Shown: piece after piece, positions 12,716-26,466 of the stretch | Layout of the letters: each line of letters opens with the position of its first letter | How positions within the stretch are numbered: the first letter of the stretch is position 1 | Origin: Tubiluchus corallicola | Lineage: Eukaryota > Animalia > Priapulida | Assembly: GCA_030141605.1 (NCBI GenBank) | Contig: JAQGDQ010000307.1 | Span: 145,093 to 209,092 of the forward strand | Direction of reading: 5' to 3' | Length of the DNA: 64,000 nt | Made by a program: the position numbers and the translations under genes | The notes under the pieces: model-generated | Seen by the model: the letters and a program-made list of their open reading frames with translations, nothing else | The model's database searches: none | What the model was told of the DNA's origin: nothing

Positions 12716-15700
12716 TGGGCGAGGTTTAATTTATACACACAGTTTTTTCTGAACTACCTTCCTTCATGAAACATTTTGGTCTCCCTATAAAGAAACCTGA
12801 ATATTTGGTCAGTTGGGATGCTTCATAAGTAAAGAAAGCTGATCCATTTTGATGAGGTAGTAACGTTGTATATAATACAGCTATAATTACTCATTTTTTG
12901 TATTTCGTCATGTTAGATAACATCAGACGAATCATTTAAGAAGCTGAAAATAGTCCCATTGTTATGGTGAATGTCCGCATTCATATATTTTTATTTGCTG
13001 AGATATGTGCTCTTGTTGGAGTGTAGCATGTAGCCTTTTAATACACAGTGGTCGGCACTTTGCGTAGACGTGATAAAAGTAGCTACCCTTATTTATTTTG
13101 CACGAGTAACCTGCTTAACTTACTGGCCCTATCTGTAGATACTATTGATACTATCTATAGATTAGATATCATTACCATATTTTTCACTAAACCCATTTTA
13201 ATTTTCCCCAAGAATGAAATTAAACTTCGCCAATTTTCAAGCACGGGTAGCATTTTTAGTGGATTTGTACTAAGTATCAGTTCAAACTTAGTCCCACATG
13301 CATATTGTAACCATATATTTAAGTATGGTAGGGTTGGTATGAAGTGCAACATGGCTCCTGCTAAACGACACTTCCTGGCATAACTGCACATAGGAATTAG
13401 TACAAAAAAATTGCATATTATTATAATTGTGTTTGTATTTGTAGCTATCCAATCAGAAGATTATTTTGCTTTATACGTAGTTAACTTTTCTACACAGGTG
13501 TGCTGTGTTTGTTGTGCTGAGTAGATTTTCCTGTCCATCTTGGTTTACAGGTCCAAGATTGTTTTGATGTATGGCCACAAGTTTATTATTACCGGCAGTT
13601 TTGCAAAAATGTAATATGGCAGAAATTCTCAAAAAGTTTACAAAGTAAGCTTGTCAGTTGTATGTGAATGTTTTTTTTAATTTACTTTTTAATTTAAATT
13701 ATAAAGTTGTCATTGTGTTGAATTTTCCATGTTGTAATAATTCACATGCAGTATGTAATTGGTGACTTATTTTGTTAAGGTAGATGCTACAGGTGGTTTT
13801 ATTTAATTTATTAATGACAAAGGGATGCTATAGCTAAAATAATTAGTTAGTGTTTGATTTGGGTAAAAGATAAAAGCTGCTGAATTGCATTAGTGTTTGT
13901 TTGGGCCTGATATGTGTATTATAAGTAGTGTGTTGCGTAACTTGCATTGGTTCAACTTGCATGATGAAAGGGCTGCAGGCAATGTTAAAAGTATGACAAT
14001 ATTTTCTGTCAAAAGTGGTATTAAAATAATACTCAAAAATATTTGAAGAATTCAATCAAAAACATATTTGTTTCACATAGTAAGAGCATCAGTTCAGCTT
14101 GTTGTATCCTTATTTTAAGCAGTTTTTCTACATGAGAACAAATTATAAGTGTCTGTCATATAAAAACTACTGTACTAAATTTGTTAGTAAGACTGCAATC
14201 ATCACTCAGCATGTAAACTGACATGTGCCATATTTAGAAACCATTTTTATGTTATCCTGCATGAAAGTGATTATCAGTTTTGTAGAGGGTTTCTCCTAGA
14301 AGTTAAAAAACTTACTTTGTCTGTGGAACAACAGTATTTGGGCATGGTAAATATTTTGTGCCAGACTTAATTATTGCAATTTTAAAGCAAATTTTGAGGT
14401 CATCCAGTGAGTTTCAATTTTTCTCATGGGCTTATTTTCATAATATTTAGTAATTTTTAGTTATGTAAACAGTAGTGGTTTGTTTTTCTTTAAGTCTCTA
14501 AGCTGATCAACTTTTGTATGTTGCCTAAATCTGCTCCATAGAATGTGCTGCTTATTTCAAGTCTTGACATGATCAATGATACGTAACATTTCAACTCAGT
14601 TCTCAAAATCGCATCTGACAAAGTTTTCTTAAATAAAATTAACTTATAAACTCTTGCCTTTGGTCCTAAGTAATAATGTCTGTTGAATAGCTACTCAGAA
14701 AAATTTTTGTAATTAGTTATGGCTCATGAGTAAAACACTTGAGGCTGTATCACACTGAATTCAACTCATAAATTATTTTATAAACAATTTCATAAAAGAA
14801 TCATTTAATAAAATTTGCTGGATAACCTGTTGAGTGAATAGAGACTGTTAAATTTAATTTTCCTTTAATAATGCATAAGAAGGAGGTTTACACAAACTGA
14901 GAAGTTATGTACTGATGGCTTTTTATTTTAATAATGTGCACAATCATAATGCAGGTCGTAGTTTTTCTGCAAAAATTTATATGTTTTCATAGATCTTGCA
15001 ACTTGAAATTTAAATCCTGTTATTTCAATGCTAATCTTGCAAATTAAAAAGGCACATTTACTTTGGCATTTTTTTGAAAGAATAAGTTTACTTCATTGCT
15101 AGTATTACATAGATTATGTAAAAGTCACATTTGGTGTAAAACGTATCATGTTGTTGCGCCGTCCACTTTGCAAAATTAATGTTTGCACACATTGCCTGAC
15201 ATTTAAAGTGTAATGCTATGTGTAAATACCATTTTACTGTTGACTGTGGTGTGGTGTATAATATCTTTTAATGGTACTTTTAGAGCTGGAAGAGCATGTG
15301 CTCTTTGTGGGTTTAACAGATCTCAAAATCAAGGGATTTGTTTTACACTGTAATTATATTTTTATGACAAAAATGTTATTTGTTACATAGAATTTACTGG
15401 TCACAATTATCTTTAAAATGGGCATTGAAAAAAATGCCTTTGGGAGTGCTAGATTTATTAAAAGCACTTATTTCTTGTCAGGTTAATGCAGAATGCTGCA
15501 AGAAAAAATGTACTATTCTTGGTTTAGCCCTATCAAAAGCTTTGAAAGTCCAAAAAGTAAAAACTTGAAAAAGCAAGAAATATCTTGTTATACTTAGAGT
15601 GTAGCTGTACAAATAATTTTTTAATGAATGAATAATTAAGTGAATTTATGTAGTACACTTCTATTTGCTAAGAGATTTTTAGTGGATATTGTGTTTTCTG

Positions 15701-16898
15701 GTTATATACATTTTTCTTCTCTTCTCTTAAAAATAAATACAAGTTTTCGTTATTTTTCTCATGGATAAAAACTAAAGGCAAAATCAATTAAGAACATTGC
15801 TTGAAATAAATTGCAAAAGCTAGATAGTAGCTAGGAGAGAATGTTGGCTAGCTGACAATGTCGGTACTCGAATGAGACTCTAATCATTGTTAATTCAGAT
15901 TAAAACTCTTGTAAATTAAAGCATTTCAACTTTGCTATGAACTTTTGGAACTAATCCTGATTCTGTTTCTTTGCAATACTAAATCAAACTGAAATACTGG
16001 TATTGGAAATTTAGAAATGCCAGAAAGTACGAGATGCACCACACTCTTGACACTCAATTAAGATATTGTTAGAGCTTTTTTATTATTTTTTTAATAGACC
16101 ACATAGCTTGATTGAAGTAGGAAGTTACTTTAGCGTGTTTAGCATGTTGTATGGCTTCACAGATAATAGATAATAATCACACCTTTGTGCCCCATGGAAG
16201 AATATAGTTTCTAGTCTTAATAATTGTCCTTTGCATATGTAATGGTGATAATTAGTTTTGTAATGGGTCTTTATACAAAATTATTATAAAAAAAATTTTC
16301 ACAAAAATATGAATATAAATAGCTATCATGTCATCTGATTATTGTATCAATGCTTTGTTGTTTTCCGATGTGTGAAGTGTTATGCTGCCACTTCAGTTTA
16401 AAATGTTTAATGTTCACATGTAACTCACATATTTAAGTCACTTATGCATGTTAATAGGATTAAAGCAAAGCCTATAGTTTTTCGACATGTAGGTCATGTT
16501 TTCTTTTTATCACAAGTAAATTTGGGTTACTCAAAAGTCTTAATTTCTAGAAAGAAGGCACATTAGAATCAGTGTGTCACTAAATTATGCTTTTCTAAAT
16601 CCTAATGATTATTTCCCGGAAAATTCATGAATGCACACGTTAGATGAACTGCATTGCCATGAACAACCACTGTGCTTGCATTTCATATGAAGTGTGGTAT
16701 TTTATAGCATTGTCAAATGTAAAATTGTCATAGGCTTAATTAGCACTTACATGAACTCTGAACTGCCTCCTAAATGTAATAGTAGATTTCCGTACAACTT
16801 CTACCAACTTTCAAAATTTCAACTGTTATGAGTTTTGTTGGAATGGTTTTTCTTGCATTAAGTTAGTGACATGGTGTATATCACAATACTTGTTGAAT

Positions 16899-16904
16899 AA
16901 TAAA
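16899..16904 (+). terminator. Candidate distal poly(A) signal of the + strand uncharacterised gene (~4.2-kb 3'UTR)
   Basis: AATAAA followed by T/GT-rich sequence (16921-16950). The + strand shifts from T-rich to A-rich shortly after this point. Confidence 0.45.
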
Positions 16905-19900
16905 AGTTTTTAAAATCCAGTTCTTATATTATTCTGTCTTTTTAATTGTTACATGTAAAATTCGTGTCACTGACTAACCAAGCATATTATTGCAAGATGA
17001 GCTGCATCAGAATACAGTACTGATCAGGTAAGTGTCTTGTCTGGTATTATGAACATTAGTGGAAATGGCATTTTACTTTTTGAATAGTGTATAAAACCGT
17101 GAAATCCCTTACCAACTATAGTAACTCACATTATGTATGGCAACAGTTAGTCGCTGACTGTTTATGTAATTATTATGGTACTTCAACTAAGCATTAGGAA
17201 TCCTCACATAAAATAACTCATAGTAGATTAAGTAATGACCAAATTATTTATTATACGATAGTCATCACAGAGGTCTCCATTTTCTGTCGTCTAATAGAAC
17301 TGACTTTAAAGTATCATCTGAATTATGTACATTTCAGCACTTGTAATCTGAACTCTAATCTGCACTCTATATTTTGTATACAAAGTTACAAATTAAAATA
17401 TTCACACATTTGAATGCCTTAATTATTCACTGTGTTTGATGATTATCAATGAGAAAAATTAAATTGTATGAATGAGCAGCTTAATAAAAAGATCTGGAAA
17501 ATAATACCACATAAGCTAACTGCTGGACTTTAATGTTATTCATGCCCCGAAGAACTAGCAACTGGCTAGGAACCTTTTGATTGCTGGCCACATGCAAGCC
17601 ATCAAGCTAAAGGGTTATAAAAAATGATATATTGCTTATTCTACTCATTTTCAAAACAGATAAGATAAACCATTTTACAGCTGGAGACATTTAACTATAA
17701 GCACTGCTCATTCATCTAAATGATAAGGAGTTCCACCAATATTAACTAAATTACAACCCAAATTCATGCAGAGGCTTTACATGATATTGCATGTTGTAGA
17801 TACCATATTCCTGCTCTACAAGTATTTGAGAGTTAGTCATGAGTAACTCAGTAATGCAGGGTTTAGTCAGTCTAGCCAGACAATGCTGCAAGTCCTTGGT
17901 TCAGTGTTCCTAAGTTTGGAACCAAAAAAGAAAAGAATTCATAGACACAGCACACTGAGCGCAGACATAGCCAGACAAGCTGCTAAAGCAAATCTAGTCT
18001 TGCATATAAAAGCTGGTACAATTAAATTTTAGAATAGGAAGCAAAAAACTAAATCAGAAAATCTTAGGAAAACAGGGTGAAACTAAACCACAAAAAAAAA
18101 AATTATTTTGTTACACATTCAAATTTAAAAATGGACATCAGTAAAAAAATCTCATAGTTACATAATACAGAAATATACCAAAGGCTGGCAGCTAAAACCA
18201 ACGGACAGCTCCATGATTAACCTTTATTATCTATAATTTTTAATTCTGCAGCATCATTTGATGCCTAGACATAACAATTCAAAATTCCCGCAGCATCTAA
18301 AATAATATATCAAGAGATTGTTGTTATAGCCAAACATAATTATACATGTGTACCATTTGCATACCAACCACAATGCTTTCTCAAAAGAAAAACACAGCAA
18401 GTTTTATAGATTTTGTGATTATTAGATGGAAAAATGTAGACAACACTTTCAAAAAGCTAAAATAAACCAAATACACAGCGTGACATACAGATGATGGGAA
18501 CAGGGTGTGTATTGCAACGTACAGTGCACGACATTTCACATCAATATAGTGCCCATAATTATAGGACTAATGGCTTTAGCTGTAGCAACTTGGTAACATA
18601 CACAAATGAAGACATTGAAGAGACTATAATATTTAATTTCACAATCAAGCTATTAAATAATTTGCACCATACCTCTCCATGATGAAGGACATAAAGTGAT
18701 GTCTTATATTATGGGCAGAAGAGGAAATATATAAGTTAATGTCAGTTTAATGCACTGGAAATGCTAATGTTCAATATGAATTACTATCAGAGTCAGGTAC
18801 ATTGCACTTTTTCAGGTGCGCCAAGGAGCAACAGCAGTTTCAATGGCTGAAATAGAAACGTTTTACTAAATGCTACAACTTTAGCAAGCCATTATTTTTG
18901 TAACTCAACAACATGTTTGGCACAGTCCCATCGTATGCTCTTTAAATGTTTCTATCATTTCAAAAACCGTGATATTGGGAAACACGAGTTAAATTTAAAG
19001 TTTATCAATCAGATACTGTTGGCTGTTATTGCCTGCAGTAAATCTGGTATTTTACAATTACACGTAACACAAATTAATACGACAAACTGGCAATATTTAA
19101 CACACACTGGCTGACCGACAATGTACAATGGTGATAGTACTATGTACTCAAACCATTTTTGTTAAAAACCGTATTAACTCTATTCATAATAATGAATTAT
19201 TATCACAAAAAATTACTAAATTGTTGTCTGACCATAATTGATTTTTAATAGAGAACTAGTTAATACTTGCGCTGCCAACGATACTTTGGCATAATTTTGC
19301 TGTAACTACCCGTAATATTTTGTACTACTTATTCTATATAATGGTCATGTAGCGCCGTAGTAATAACAGATTTTCCTAAAATAATTTTATAAAAAACTTG
19401 CAATTCATATATTTTGGCGATACTTTCAGGCCAGCTAAACCGTAAGTGACAGACAAGCTGAAAACTCCGCACTTACAGTGAAGTTAACCATAGATATGCA
19501 CCTTACACTACTAGTTGATGGTATGGTAGAATTTTCATGTACATGTTTTTGTTTCTGGAGTTTCTGCTTATAGAGTTTAAGGAATTCAAAATAGTACAAA
19601 GCAGACAAATTAAACTTAATTCAGCCAACAGTACACCTATGTTGGCCTATAATACTGGTTAATGACTTAACAGACAGTGTAAAGTTAAGCAAATGCAGCC
19701 GAATTTCTAGAATCATCAAGTGATCCTACAATGGATAATAAAAAAAGTAACATTCACCACAAAGAGGAAGCAAACAGTATTAAAATAAAAGATTTCTATG
19801 AAACATGAATACATTTACAGTGGAACAGTGACGCGAATTTTTAGGCAATGTTTTCATACCAAATATTGAAAATTATAAGCAATTTTTGATACCCAAGAAA

Positions 19901-22900
19901 AGGTACTGATAACCATTTTACTAAGGAATCAAGATAACTCCAAATTAGTTGTACTGAAAAATTACCAATCTAGTTTTAATCACATATGCAATATCTCTGA
20001 TTGTATATATATTATGGTAATATTATATATGCAATAAAACTCACTATAAAGTGATGTGAGCCATAAATGTAAAAATGTGTGTGGACACTTATAATGCCTA
20101 CAAGTGAATTACTTGTCCACTAATCAGATGCAGATCATCTTATGCCATAAACAGAACGAGACTAGTGTAATTATAAGAATTTAGTTAATTAACTAGGAAG
20201 ACATCTAACAAGATTTGCTTTTACTTGATTTATCGCAAAAACTAGCACAGAACAATTTCTGTCCGTCTTACAACTAATAATTCCATTGACACAACAGCAC
20301 ACAAAGTTTTTGCAATAAATGTACAGGGCTGCATTCTCTCCCCTTTACAGGTCTATGAAAAACCTAGTGTAGAACAAAAAATAATTACTGGACAGAATTT
20401 ATTGGTGAAATATATACTTACACAGCAAATAGTGCTGCAAAATGTCAATTTAATAACCAACTATTAAGGTTACTTGGTGTAGGTAGAGGAATTACACACA
20501 TTCTTGGTTGGTACTTGGCAACAAGAGTAATGACAAAATAGGGGTAACAGTCAGTTTACACTAGTGTAAAGTTAAGTTTGCACGACTGCTTGGAATATTT
20601 GAAGTTTGTCTTATGACATATTATTGCTACTGATGTGAATAGTAATGCCGCTATTAAGTAGTTTCTATCTTTAATTTTCACAGAAAAAAAAGACAAAAGC
20701 CAATTTAACAATAGGAGCCATGAAGGTAACCATCTCTAATGAGTGTTGGAAATTCTAAGCAGGATAAATTTGCTAAGTTACAAAAGATATTACATAATTG
20801 TTATTTCGTATAACATTATTAGACACAGAAGAGCCATATTAAAGCACTTATAGTAGTCACTTTAAGACTTGCTGTAACTTGTTATATTAAACTATCTGTT
20901 TTGAAACAATTTTGCTGCACCTCAATAAAACAGAGAGCAGCTTAAATGCATGGTTCAAGTGGGGTGTTACATTTAAAAAGCTTGTACTTTTTCTACTACC
21001 TTTACAATATTATTTACAAGTGATCTTTAGGTATGCTTCTCATATTTTTACAGACACGCACATGCACGCACGCACACACAAACACAAAGCGCCCACATTC
21101 ACATAAACTCGTATTAATGTTTGGATAAACACTTTACAGCTATAACCTCAGCAAATTAACCAAACTGCAACAGTAAGAATTCCTTGGCTGCACTCACAGA
21201 TTTAAATGACATATGCGCAAAGAAATTTACAGACATGTTAGGAGCAGTTATTAAATACACAAAAATCTAACCTTTAAGACATACATATGCAAATTCTTCA
21301 GGAATATATGTACAACAGAGAGAAGACTATCCTAAAACCAAGCTGCAGTTGAATTTTGGGCAAGCAGTAGCTTTTAGTAATAGAACAACTTTAATTAACT
21401 TTTCTTGTCAAATTTCAAACAGAAGACAAAAAAAATCACAAAAACGTCTGCTATGTTGAATGCTGAAAAATATAAACGACAGCCCACTAATATTCAGATA
21501 CAATTTGCAAGAACAGAGGAATATAAATATTGTTAACTTTGTAGATTTATAATTATAAGCTACTGACAAACTTAGAACTTAGACGGAATCACTAAGAAGT
21601 ACAAAAAATTTTACATAGCAGTAGAAACAGATCGTAAGTTGCTGTTCTACTGTAAAGTTCCACAGACTGAAGTGCAGCACAAAAGTGTTTGGGAAATCAG
21701 AACAAGTAGCAGATAAACAAGAATTATAAAATATTATGAACACTGTGAAGGTCACTGTAATATAGCAATTAAACACTAATGGAGTGACATTACTAACTAA
21801 TATTGTCTAGTCATGGTGTTCGTGTTTAGGCAATTATTAAAAAATTTATTTGTGCGGTTCTTCGTGAAACAACAGATTGCAATTATAATTATAATGCACA
21901 GAATGAGATTAGCAAGGGAACTGTACATCAAATTAAGTAAAAATATCTCCTGTTACTGTAAAAAGATACTGTTGTCTTACTTGTGCATCTAAAGCAATGC
22001 AAAAGGCAAACATTTTTAATTATAATGCATGCATCCGCACTGATTAGCCATTCTTTGCGTACTAACATAATACCAATTACTTCAGTATTTTTTATGCAGC
22101 CCTAGCAATCTTTTTCTTGCGCATATGTGGCATTTACATCTATGGATACATTTCAACATTATGAATACATTAGTGCGACTATTTTTGGTAAAGTATTAAG
22201 CCCTAATTAGATTAATCAATGAACATGAATAAAACAAACAAGTCATTGTGGCTTAATATATATATATAATACTCACCAGAATATACCAAACTAGAGCAAA
22301 GTGTTTTAATTTCCACATTTAATATGCTATCACCATAAAGATAAAATAGCGAATTAAAACACCCTTAAATGGATGACAACTTTCTTTATCTGCACAAAAT
22401 CAGCAGTAAAATTTAAAGGATTGATGAAAATCTTAAACCAGAATTAAGTGACTCTTATGCATTCAATTGACACAGTTATTAATAAACACGAATGTCTAAA
22501 TTTTTACTCCAGCTTTGCACAAAAACCACGAGTCCAAACAGGAGAGTGATCCATACTTTTTGCTGCCATAGATTCTTTTCCAGTACTCCAAAAGACTCTG
22601 TGATCCAGTTCATTTGATGAAAGCTGCTTTCATTCACAAACTTGCATTATTTTTCCTTTACACTGTTTTATAACAATTCACACTAATTACACGTTGACGA
22701 AATAGTGAACACGAACTCGCTAAACGTTCAATTTAAACGCGTTTTTTGCTTATAACATCGTCGAATAGGAGGTGGTATATAGTTGATGGGCTTACAAGTA
22801 CCTAGATTGGAAGAAACAAGCAAAAAGTTTCATTATACAATTCCAAACTTACCATTGTATAAAGTACACAAATAACAGCAGTATACAACCTAGCATATGT

Positions 22901-24230
22901 TAACAAAAATATAACCAGGTATCCACTAATACAATATATATATATATGTATGTATGTATGTAATGCCAGTCAGCCAGTTTACAAATCACCCCAAATGCTT
23001 ATTTGTAAATATCACCTAAAAATATGGTAAAATCTGTACAAAACTGAAAGAGCAACACAGCACCATATAAAAAAGTAAATATGTAATAAAAATTAAAAAC
23101 ATTATATAAAATAAGAATCTGAATATATAAAATTGTAGCTCCATATGTGCGCAGAACAACCTGTAGATAACAGAATTGTTAATTAAGTCCTAATTACACA
23201 CGCTAACTATCAAATATAGTTTATAGTACTCTGGACGTATATCACCGTCGACATCAAAATCTACACTGAAATCAAAAGTACACAGATAATAATTTAAAAC
23301 ACAACAAATGAGAAAAATTAATGTATATTCCAGGAATTAACAATCCATATTTTCAATATCCCACCAGCATTTTTGTCGTTAACAAAAAATACTACAATTT
23401 TTGTAAAATTTTTTAGTTAAACTTGTAAGTTTTCATGATAAGCCAAATTCACGTTTGGCTAATGAGCCCCTAAAACTTAAAATTATAAAAAGATCAATGT
23501 GGACAATTCATGACATCGTACTCTATGTCAAGTCAGAATATTGAAAAACATACTATGTTACCTTCCCAGAATAACTATAAACAACAAAGACTAATCTAGC
23601 ATGCATTAAACAAGCGTAGAAATAGCCTACTCATATATATATGGAGTGAAACATGTTTTAAACATTTTTGTTGCATAGTCATTTAAGTAATATAAAACAA
23701 AACAAAATGAGTGAATAGTTTGCCCCGAAGAAAAATGATAACTTGCTGAAAAAGAAATATATACTGAGTTATATCAACATGGCTAAGTATTTCATAAAAG
23801 TTTCATAAACATAACAATTGTAAAAAAAGGTTAATAAGAAAATATCACAGGTTTAGCACTTACTTAACAGCTAATTACAGATAGCATTATAACAAAACTT
23901 AAAAATATGTTGATGAAATATAAAGATAAAAAAAGAGGGTAAAACTCTATAAAATGCTATACCTATGAAACTTTGGTTAAATCCGGTCTATTTACAATTT
24001 CATTATCACCAATTCAAGAATATACCTACTTGGGTATTTTTCCTCTGCTAAATACCACTTATTGTTTTTTCTTAACTTTAAACGTTCAAATTCAAAAATC
24101 AAATGTCTCTTACTAGAAAATATAGTTTGAGTATTACTCAGAGTTAGTTCCAAATTTGTGATATGTTTAAGCTTTGTTTTATAAGATTTCATGGTTTTGT
24201 TAAGTTAAACATTTCAAGCAAAAAATCAGT

Positions 24231-24362
24231 ATCTTCATCATCATCACGCTTACTGCTACCATCATCAGCTTTATCGCCATTCATCATCGCTGCCTCATTA
24301 TCATCATCATTTATCACAGTTGCCACCTTCATCATCATCACTACCTCTCATTATCATGATTA
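24231..24362. repeat. Degenerate (TCA/GAT)n trinucleotide tract
   Basis: Repeated tcatcatca/atcatcatc runs interrupted by point changes. Confidence 0.65.
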
Positions 24363-26466
24363 CTAAATGCCACAATCATCGCCAGATTAAAGTATAATTA
24401 CCTCAACTAGTTATCAAACAAGTGAAACTACTTAAGAAGTACTAGTCAAAACTCTGCAAAAACATTTAGCATATAATTGGAATTACGTTTAAAAATCTTG
24501 TATTCATTATCACATTATGCTTTGGTAGTTTAATGTAATACGTGCGAACAGATATAAGCCAGTTAAGCAGAAAGTAAACAGGATATTCAATCACCTATCA
24601 GCTCAATAGTATTTTTAGTGCAAAGCCATTGAATCTGAATCTGGAAATATATCACCTCCCTTCAGTCCAATAAACAACTTTGTAAAACAGTATGTGTGAC
24701 TTTACAGACCAGTTCAGCTTTTGAGTTCCAACCAAGACCCTCACAAGGTTGCAGACAAAATTATTTTGTAAAACAAGTCGAAATTTGAAAAACATCACAA
24801 GCGTCACCTTCACAAATGCTGATTGTAAGAAGAGTGTTGGCTATGAAATCTAGGTATGCCTACTACATCCCATAACAAACGATTTTTTTTCAATCCCAAA
24901 AAAACAATGGGATAACACGCAAAAATAATTTGTTCATGTTCCACACACTGACCTAGACAAAAACATTCACCTAATTCGGATTTGTAGTAGGTAACAGATT
25001 TATAAATAGAATCTTAAACTATCTAAGAACAGACCAATAATAAATAACTTTACTATTACGCTAAATTAAGCCGATTATACATCGAAGTGATAGTAATGTG
25101 ACGGTCGTCTAAACATTACTAGCAAATACAGACCAAAAAATTTAACCCTCGCCCAGCAATACGCCATCAAGATGCATTACTACTAGTAACCAGGAAGTAA
25201 GATGTGCTAGTGAAACACTTTTGTCAGCAGCATTAGCTGTATTACTTTCCTTTGCTTGTCCATAATGTAACCATTAACTGAATAAGAGTGCAAATGGAGA
25301 ATTAGAGGAATAAGCATACAGTGCTTCAATTAGTTTTCCACATAACTACATTTCACTAATTAAGTCTAATACAACCCTTCTTTTGACAATATCAACAAAA
25401 TGCATAACCTAGGAATACTCCAAAAATAAAATACATTTCTAAACTAGATCATCTGAAAATTACATTCCAATAGCATCTGCATAAAACAAATATTTAACCT
25501 GAACAAATGACAATAAAAACTGGTTTAAATTAAATTGGCGTGAAGTATTACAGAGACCTGCAATATTTTGCTGGGTAACTAAAGTATACTGTAAGTTTTT
25601 TCGTGTTTTCAATCCAACCGCCACCTCGAGGTGTAATCGGCGTAAGTTGAAAGTTTGTTGACACAGATGCATTAGATGGTTGCCAATAGCATACATAATT
25701 GCCTATCAAATATAACTTCTTAATTAGTTGCAGGAAAGATGCCGGATTTATGCATGAAAACAGAACCAATCAGCGAAATACTCAAGTTGCAGTTTATCAT
25801 TTATGGAATTCAATATGCCTGCAAAAAATGCAAGTGAAACATGTAAAGCTTTGGTAATTTCGAGATACACTTCATATGATTATTAAAACCCAATGATGAA
25901 AACTAGTTAGACAGCAAAGTGCATAACTAGAGTTAGTATTGCCACATGCATTTCAATTAAATGAAAATGTTACATTTATACTGTGACAACTCAGTTAAAC
26001 CACTGAAATGATGTTTTTAGATAGTTTGGGCACTTTTCAATGGTTTAACACTATATGTGAAGCACACCATTTATTCTAAAAGGCTTGATGACCAGAATCT
26101 CAATGAAAAAACACAACACACAACAAATTTGTAGTAAAAAAGCAACTAGTGGGAAAAAATCATATGCAGCAAAATTGCTAGCTGATTTCTCTGCAAATTA
26201 AATGGTGTAGAAGTTGTAAGATTAACATCAAACTTCTAATAAACACAAAAGTGCTAAAGGCATCATAAACGTGACAGTAAATTTTGACCTGAGCGCTTGG
26301 GCTGTTAATGGACTGACTAAAATCTAGCTTAATATTAATAATATCACGATTAGCACTTTTGTTGGATAGTCTTTATAAGACTCAGTAATGCAGAAACCTT
26401 GTTAAAGAGTACAAACATACAAAAGTTTAGAAGTAAAATGCACACACGGGATACAAAACACTTACA

